Below, in pieces: positions 58,481-64,000 of a stretch of 64,000 bases of DNA; position 1 is the first letter of the stretch, and every line of letters starts with the position of its first letter. Position numbers and translations under genes: made by a program. Source of the DNA: an uncultured Rhodospirillaceae bacterium (lineage in GTDB: Bacteria > Pseudomonadota > Alphaproteobacteria > SP197); NCBI GenBank assembly GCA_964530335.1, contig CAZGYG010000003.1, positions 23,792 to 87,791 of the forward strand, in the 5' to 3' direction. The notes below the pieces were generated by a model. The model was not told the origin of the DNA and did not search any database. It worked only from the letters and a program-made list of their open reading frames with translations.

Positions 58481-59575
58481 GTGGAACGAATCGTGGTCGA
58501 CTTCGCGCAACGCCCACGCCGCAGGCTCGAGACGGGCGATGCGCTCGAGCGCGGCGACCGGGTGCCGAACTTCTGGCTGCCCGACCAAACGGGCGAAGGC
58601 ATCATGTTCTACGAGGCAGTGCAGGGTCGGCCGATCCTCGTGGTCCTGCATCGCGCCACTCGCGAGCCCGCGCACGTCGCCGCGCTCAAGGGGCTGATCG
58701 AGTTCGCCCGCCGCCACGAAGTCCATCCGTTCGCCATCGGTCGGGATTCGGTCGCCGCGCACGCGGCGCTCGGGCTCGACGCTCCGCTCCTCGCCGATGT
58801 CGAAGGCCGCATTACCGCCCAGCTCACGCGCCGACTCGGCCAGGGTACGACCGAGACGGCGCCCGTGGTGCTGGTGTGCGACCCCAACCAGCGCTTGCTC
58901 GACACCTTGGTGGTCACGGACCTGGCGGCCGCGACCGAGCGCATAGCGGCGCTCATGGCGCCGTTCGCGCCGCGCGGCGGGGCCGCGAAGCTGCTGCGGG
59001 TGGCGCCGGTGCTCGTCGTTCCCGATGTGCTCGACGAAGCGTGGCGGCACCGCTTGATCGAGCTTTGGCACGCCGACCATGACGAGGGCAAGGTCGCCAC
59101 CCAGGTGGGCGACACGATGGAGGCGCGGCTCAACTACGGCACCAAGCGCCGGCTCGACCACACGATCACCGAGCCCGAGCTCAATCGCACCCTGGCCCGC
59201 GCGATCGCGCGGCGGATCGCCCCCGAGATGGTCAAGGCATTCCACTTCCAGGGCTTCTGGTTCGAACCCTTCATCGTCATGGGCTACGACGCGGGGCGCG
59301 CCGATTTCTTCCGCCCCCACCGGGACAATCTGATCCCGGCGCTCGCCAACCGACGCTTCGCCCTGACGCTCAACCTTAACACCGACGACTACGAAGGCGG
59401 CGACCTTCGCTTCCCCGAGTACGGCGACGAGGTCTACGGCGCGCCCGCCGGCGGGGCGGTGGTGTTCTCGTGTTCGCTCCTGCACGAGGCGCTGCCGGTC
59501 ACGCGCGGGCGCCGCTTCGCGCTTCTGAGCTTCATGCGCTCCGACGCGCCGGCATCGCGACCGGCGGCGTCCTAG
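58481..59575 (+). CDS. Fusion protein: Cys-less redoxin/AhpC-TSA-like N-terminal domain plus 2OG-Fe(II) oxygenase C-terminal domain
   Basis: N-terminal PNFWLPDQTGEGIMFYEAVQGRPILVVLHR (peroxiredoxin-like fold, no Cys). C-terminal HRD...LLHEALPVTRGRRFALLSF (His-x-Asp...His plus RxS). Confidence 0.65.
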   Translation: MERIVVDFAQRPRRRLETGDALERGDRVPNFWLPDQTGEGIMFYEAVQGRPILVVLHRATREPAHVAALKGLIEFARRHEVHPFAIGRDSVAAHAALGLDAPLLADVEGRITAQLTRRLGQGTTETAPVVLVCDPNQRLLDTLVVTDLAAATERIAALMAPFAPRGGAAKLLRVAPVLVVPDVLDEAWRHRLIELWHADHDEGKVATQVGDTMEARLNYGTKRRLDHTITEPELNRTLARAIARRIAPEMVKAFHFQGFWFEPFIVMGYDAGRADFFRPHRDNLIPALANRRFALTLNLNTDDYEGGDLRFPEYGDEVYGAPAGGAVVFSCSLLHEALPVTRGRRFALLSFMRSDAPASRPAAS

Positions 59576-60324
59576 GACGCCACGGTCGGCGCTGCGATGA
59601 ACGGCAGGCGCTCGACGCGCGCCAAGTCCCCAGGGGTGTCGATCTCGCCCCAGCCGAGCCCTTCGATCGAGCACACGGTGACGACGCCCTGACGCGCCAG
59701 CCGCGCGACGACCGACAGGTACCACGCCCTGAGCCCGGTCGGCGACATCATGTTGCGCGTCACCGCGTCGGCGAAGTGGCGCGGACCGTCGCCGCGAAAC
59801 GCCAGCATGCCGATCGATTCGCCGTCGACGACCTCGGGTTCGAGCGACTTGCCGATGTCGCGCAGCAGATTGCCCTCGGTCGACACCTTCATGTCGTCGG
59901 CGTCGTAGTGGGACTTGCGATCTATGGTCACGGTGACCTGCGCCGTTGGCGAGGCGAGCAGGCGGACAAGCACGTCGGGCTCGAACAGCGTGTCGCCGTT
60001 AAGCAGCACGAACGGCCGGTCCATCTCGCCGCGGGCGAGGAAGCAGCTCCCCAGGTTGTCCGACACCGGATAGAACGGATTGGGCAGCGTGCGCAGCGTC
60101 AACCCCGGACGGCGCATCGCCGGCAACGCTTCCTCGACCTTGTCGGCCGCGAAACCGACGACGATGACGATGTCGTCGATGCCGCACGCGGCGAGCGTCG
60201 CGACCTGGCGTTGCAGCATGCTGACACCGCCCACCGGGAGCATGCATTTCGGCCGGTCCGCGGTCAGCGGCAACAGCCGCTTGCCCTGTCCGGCGGCGAG
60301 CACGATCGCCTTGTTGATCGACAA
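59572..60324 (-). CDS. Sugar-phosphate nucleotidyltransferase (NTP_transferase family)
   Basis: AIVLAAGQGKRL glycine-rich signature; 250 aa. Confidence 0.8.
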   Translation of the reverse strand: MSINKAIVLAAGQGKRLLPLTADRPKCMLPVGGVSMLQRQVATLAACGIDDIVIVVGFAADKVEEALPAMRRPGLTLRTLPNPFYPVSDNLGSCFLARGEMDRPFVLLNGDTLFEPDVLVRLLASPTAQVTVTIDRKSHYDADDMKVSTEGNLLRDIGKSLEPEVVDGESIGMLAFRGDGPRHFADAVTRNMMSPTGLRAWYLSVVARLARQGVVTVCSIEGLGWGEIDTPGDLARVERLPFIAAPTVAS

Positions 60325-60506
60325 GCTGGTCCTTTCGCTTCAGGCGAGGCATCGCCAGGGATGGGCTCGCGACTACCCAATACAACAACTTATGACACGA
60401 ATTCAAATGTTTGGCCGCCACCGGCCCGGTCCGGTCCCCCCCGTCGCCGGGCGCGCGGACCGGCCCCGGTCGAAGCCCGATCGGTGCGTATCATGGTGCC
60501 GTGGCT

Positions 60507-60540
60507 TGACATCATTTCGATACTTGTCTAAGTATCGCCC
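60507..60540 (+). promoter_or_regulatory. Sigma70-like promoter (TTGACA-17bp-TAAGTA) with a 6-bp inverted repeat ATACTT-GTCT-AAGTAT overlapping the -10 element; immediately precedes the ArsR GTG start
   Basis: Seen in sequence. The -10 ends about 6 nt before the start codon, which implies a leaderless or near-leaderless mRNA. Confidence 0.5.
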
Positions 60541-60927
60541 GTGGAAAAGTCCCGCATCATCGACGCGCTCAACGCTCTCGCGCAGGAAACGCGGCTCGAT
60601 CTGTTGCGGCTGCTCGTCGCCGCCGGGCCCAACGGGCTGACGCCTTCGTTGATGTCGCGCCAGCTCAAGATCGCGCCGCCGACCCTGTCGTTCCATCTCG
60701 GTCGACTCGCGCACGCCGGGCTGGTGCGCTCGCGTCGTCGTGGCCGCTCGATCGGTTACTCGGCGGACAGCGAACTGGTGACCGGGTTGCTGGCGGCGCT
60801 CGAGGCCCACTTACGACCGCAGCCGGCCGAGACCCCGGCGGAACCGCTCAAGGCGAAGGACGCCAAGGACGTCAAGGACGTCAAAGATAAGGACACCGCG
60901 CCCGCCGGCACCAAGGCGGCCTCGTAG
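60541..60927 (+). CDS. ArsR/SmtB-family transcriptional regulator with a Lys/Asp-rich C-terminal tail
   Basis: RLDLLRLLVAAGPNGLTPSLMSRQLKIAPPTLSFHLGRLAHAGLV wHTH; tail KAKDAKDVKDVKDKD. Confidence 0.8.
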   Translation: MEKSRIIDALNALAQETRLDLLRLLVAAGPNGLTPSLMSRQLKIAPPTLSFHLGRLAHAGLVRSRRRGRSIGYSADSELVTGLLAALEAHLRPQPAETPAEPLKAKDAKDVKDVKDKDTAPAGTKAAS

Positions 60928-60975
60928 CGTCGTAGTCGTCGCCCAGTCGTTGGCGTGTCGTTGCGCTGTCGTCGT

Positions 60976-61878
60976 TCAGGAGCGGCGGACGCGAACCGTG
61001 AGCTCGCCCATTCGCGCGGCGATGGCCTCGGCCGTCGGCAGGCTGGGCTGGGCACCGACCACCAGGCACGCGAGCGCGCCGGCGACCGCGCCGCGCCGCA
61101 GCGCCTCGGGCCACGGCTCATCGGCGTCGAGCGCGGCGGCAAGCGCGCCGACGAAGGCATCGCCCGCGCCCGTGGTATCGACCGGCGTGATCGCGAGCGC
61201 CGGCACGGTGGCGACGCGGTCGCGCTCGAACGCGCGCACGCCCTTGGCGCCCCGCGTGACCACGACCAGCCGGTCCCACGCCCGCGCCATCGCGGCGCCC
61301 GTCGAGCCGGCAAGTCCCGCCGCCTTTGCCACGGCGCGCGCCTCGCCTTCGTTGACCACGAGCACGTCGAACGCCGTCGCATCGACCGGCCCGGCGGGCG
61401 CCGCGTTGAGCACGACCCGCGCGCCCCGCGCCCGCGCGCGTCGGCCCAGCGCGATCGTTTCCGCCGCGGGAACCTCGTGCTGCATCACGACCGTCGTGCC
61501 CTTGCCCAGCCAGGCGTCGGGCACCTGGTTCGCCCGCGCCTCCAGGTTGGCGCCGCTCGCCACCACGATCTGGTTCTCGCCGGCGGCATCGACCATGACC
61601 ACGGCGAGCCCGGTCGGCGCCGCGACCCCCGTGACGGCGCTCGAGTCGACGCCGTCCGCGGCGAGCGCCTCGAGCAGCACGTCACCCGCCTCGTCGCGCC
61701 CGACGCACCCGGCCATGCGCACGGCCGCGCCCGCGCGCGCCGCGGCGACCGCCTGGTTGGCGCCCTTGCCGCCGCAGGCCCGGGTGTGGGTCGGCGTCAG
61801 CACGGTCTGGCCCGGCGCCGGCAGCGCCGGCACCCGGAGCACCAGGTCCATGTTGAGGGAGCCGAAGACGACGATCAT
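60976..61878 (-). CDS. rbsK: Ribokinase (PfkB family)
   Basis: GGKGANQA and DTTGAGDAF motifs; start at ATG MIVVFGSLNMD. Confidence 0.8.
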   Translation of the reverse strand: MIVVFGSLNMDLVLRVPALPAPGQTVLTPTHTRACGGKGANQAVAAARAGAAVRMAGCVGRDEAGDVLLEALAADGVDSSAVTGVAAPTGLAVVMVDAAGENQIVVASGANLEARANQVPDAWLGKGTTVVMQHEVPAAETIALGRRARARGARVVLNAAPAGPVDATAFDVLVVNEGEARAVAKAAGLAGSTGAAMARAWDRLVVVTRGAKGVRAFERDRVATVPALAITPVDTTGAGDAFVGALAAALDADEPWPEALRRGAVAGALACLVVGAQPSLPTAEAIAARMGELTVRVRRS

Positions 61879-61892
61879 CGGCCGGCGCAAGG

Positions 61893-63212
61893 CTAGCAGT
61901 CGAGGGTGCGGTTCCGCTCCCAGTCGGTCAGGTGGCCGCAGAACTCGTTCCACTCGCGCGCCTTGAGCTTGATGTAGCCGTCGATCACCGGGTCGGAGAA
62001 GGCGGCGCGCAGCATCGCGCTCTTGTCGGTGAAGCGCAGTGCGTCGAGCAGGTTGAGCGGCAGGCGGCGCACCTTGAGGCGCTTATGCTCAGAGCTGCGC
62101 CGTTGCTCGTACATGTTGATGTCGAGCCGCTGGCCCGGATCGGCCTTGGTCGCCATGCCGTCGAGCCCGGCCGCGAGCAGCGCCGCCGGCATCAGGTAGG
62201 GGTTGGCGGCGCCGTCCATCAGGCGGAACTCGAAGCGTCCGGCGTCGGGAATGCGCACCATGTGGGTGCGGTTGTTGCCGCCGTAGGAGATCGTGTTCGG
62301 CGACCAGGTGGCGCCGGACAGCGTGGCCGGCGCGTTGATGCGCTTGTAGCTGTTGACCGTCGGGTTGAAGAACGAGCACAGCGCCTCGGCGTGGCCGAGC
62401 ACGCCGCCGAGGAAGTTGTAGCCGAGCTTGGAGAGCCCGAGCTCGCCCTTGGGATCGTGGAACAGGTTCCGCGCGCCGTCGCGGCCCCACACCGAGGCAT
62501 GGATGTGGCAGCCGTTGCCGGTCAGGTTGCGGAACGGCTTGGGCATGAAGGTCGCGCGAACCCCGTGCTTCTCGGCGATCGACCTGACCATGAACTTGAA
62601 GAACGCGTGGCGGTCCGCCGTGATCAGGACGTCGGCGTAGTCCCAGTTCATCTCGAACTGGCCGTTGGCGTCCTCGTGGTCGTTCTGATAGGGCGCCCAG
62701 CCGAGTTCCTGCATGGCGTCGCAGATCTCGGTGATGACCGCGTAGCGACGCATCAGCGCCTGCTGGTCGTAGCAGGGCTTGTCCTGGGTATCGCGGCCGT
62801 CGGCGATGGCGGTGCCGTCGGCGTTGATCAGGAAGTATTCGCACTCGACCCCGGTCTTCAGCCGGTAGCCCTTCTTGTCGGCCCGCTCGACCTGGCGCTT
62901 GAGCACGATGCGCGGGCTCGCCTCGACCGGCTTGCCGGACATCCACAGGTCGGCCGCGAGCCAGCCGACCTCGCGGTTCCACGGCAGGACCATCAGGCTA
63001 TCGGGATCGGGGCGCGCGAACATGTCCGGGTGCGCCGGGGTCATGTCCAGGTAGGTGGCGAAGCCGGCGAAGCCCGCGCCGTCCCGCTGCATCTGGCCGA
63101 TCGCCGACGCAGGGACCAGCTTCGAGCGCGCCACCCCGAACAGATCGGCGTAGCTGATCAGGAAATAGCGGATGTTCTTCTGCTTGGCGATCTTGGCGAG
63201 ATCGACGGCCAT
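61893..63212 (-). CDS. Glutamine synthetase family protein (GlnT/type III-like or gamma-glutamyl-polyamine synthetase-like)
   Basis: GS catalytic-domain motifs (ECEFF-like CEYFL, NGCHIHAS). Start at ATG MAVDLAKIAKQ. Confidence 0.8.
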   Translation of the reverse strand: MAVDLAKIAKQKNIRYFLISYADLFGVARSKLVPASAIGQMQRDGAGFAGFATYLDMTPAHPDMFARPDPDSLMVLPWNREVGWLAADLWMSGKPVEASPRIVLKRQVERADKKGYRLKTGVECEYFLINADGTAIADGRDTQDKPCYDQQALMRRYAVITEICDAMQELGWAPYQNDHEDANGQFEMNWDYADVLITADRHAFFKFMVRSIAEKHGVRATFMPKPFRNLTGNGCHIHASVWGRDGARNLFHDPKGELGLSKLGYNFLGGVLGHAEALCSFFNPTVNSYKRINAPATLSGATWSPNTISYGGNNRTHMVRIPDAGRFEFRLMDGAANPYLMPAALLAAGLDGMATKADPGQRLDINMYEQRRSSEHKRLKVRRLPLNLLDALRFTDKSAMLRAAFSDPVIDGYIKLKAREWNEFCGHLTDWERNRTLDC

Positions 63213-63367
63213 GAGCTTCCCCCCCCGTGTTTGCCCAGCCCGCGTTGGCGGCTTCTTGTAGGCCAGGCGAGGGTGGGAATCCAGCGGGCACGATCTGGCC
63301 GCTACCGCCCGCCCGGTCCATAGTCCAGGGGAACGGGCAGGCATGCGCCGTCGAGGAGGACCGAGCC

Positions 63368-63796
63368 ATGGAACGAACCGCCGTCTGCTCGTGCGGGCAA
63401 CTCGCGGTCACGGTCGCGGGCGATCCCGCGTACCACGGGGTCTGCAGTTGCTTCGCGTGCCAGAAGGAATCGGGCAGCGCGTTCACGTACTCGGGCTACT
63501 GGCCGAAGACCGCGCTCAGCGGGATCGTCGGCCAGAGCCGCGCCTGGCGCCGAATGTCCGACAAGGGCCGCTGGCTGGACAAGCACTTCTGTCCGACCTG
63601 CGGCTGCGCGGTGTTCTTGTATGCCGAGTTCGCGCCGGACATGATCGCCGTATCCATAGGCTTCTTCGGCGACCCCGGGTTTCCGCCGCCCGAGTACGCG
63701 GTGTGGAACGAGTGCAGGCACCCCTGGGTGACGCTGCCCGCGTCATGCCGGATGTTCGACCGGCAATCCGAACGCGCCGACGAGTCGGCGACGTGA
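63368..63796 (+). CDS. GFA-family protein (CENP-V/glutathione-dependent formaldehyde-activating-enzyme-like, Cys-rich Zn site)
   Basis: CSCGQ...CSCFACQK...CPTCGC cysteine pattern; GAGGAGGA Shine-Dalgarno. Confidence 0.8.
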   Translation: MERTAVCSCGQLAVTVAGDPAYHGVCSCFACQKESGSAFTYSGYWPKTALSGIVGQSRAWRRMSDKGRWLDKHFCPTCGCAVFLYAEFAPDMIAVSIGFFGDPGFPPPEYAVWNECRHPWVTLPASCRMFDRQSERADESAT

Positions 63797-63892
63797 ACGC
63801 CGGCCGAAGCGGCAGGCCGGCGGGACGGCCAGGGCCGGACAGGGGTCGTTTTCCATGCTCGATCATTACCTTCATGAGGTAATCTGCTCCCA

Positions 63893-64000
63893 TGTTGCGC
63901 CGGCTCAGCTTTACCAACTTCAAGTCCTGGCCAAAGGCCGATCTCACGTTCGCGCCGATCACCGGGCTGTTTGGCACGAACTCCTCTGGCAAGACCAGCC
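63893..64000 (+). CDS. N-terminus of an AAA/ABC-type ATPase (OLD/SMC-like P-loop protein); truncated by the window end
   Basis: MLRRLSFTNFKSWPKADLTFAPITGLFGTNSSGKTS, the classic N-terminal strand-Walker A arrangement of OLD/RecF-like ATPases. Preceded by an AT-richer stretch. Confidence 0.5.

Overview
This is a 64-kb, densely coding stretch with very high GC (roughly 68-70% by eye). Codon usage and gene content look like an alphaproteobacterial chromosome (Rhodospirillales/Caulobacterales-like). I see no rRNA, tRNA, CRISPR array, IS element or prophage. The window is dominated by cell-envelope glycolipid and polysaccharide biochemistry. (1) A head-to-tail array of four eukaryotic-SULT-like PAPS sulfotransferases with an embedded PKHD/PiuC-type 2OG-Fe(II) hydroxylase and YggS. 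(2) A Lon-like (COG1067) protease divergent from an orphan OmpR-type response regulator. (3) A translationally coupled minus-strand 12-gene operon of about 13.2 kb. It fuses four glycosyltransferases, a histidine phosphatase, a polysaccharide deacetylase and a small membrane protein with a YejABEF-type ABC importer and a pirin. (4) An unusual 887-aa ABC exporter with a roughly 350-aa insertion and degenerate catalytic motifs in its ATPase domain, paired with a stand-alone cNMP-binding protein. (5) A bacterial sphingolipid (ceramide) locus: serine palmitoyltransferase, dedicated ACP, a CerR-like SDR and an acyl-ACP synthetase/FAAL. Convergent on it lies a triplet comprising a CDP-alcohol-phosphatidyltransferase-like protein, a DAGK-family ceramide-kinase-like protein and a hypothetical protein. 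Alongside it runs a nine-gene minus-strand operon in which lptF-lptG are embedded among lipid-modifying genes. (6) A capsule/sialic-acid-like sugar activation and export locus. (7) RND efflux, a DUF1127 small protein with phased upstream repeats, purC, an ArsR regulator with a leaderless-looking promoter, ribokinase, a glutamine synthetase family gene, and at the 3' edge an AT-richer break followed by the N-terminus of an AAA/ABC-type ATPase. Gene starts were placed by counting residues from the ORF-track stops. Most adjacent genes overlap by ATGA/GTGA, so operon structure is well supported. Intergenic motif coordinates are approximate to within 1-2 nt.
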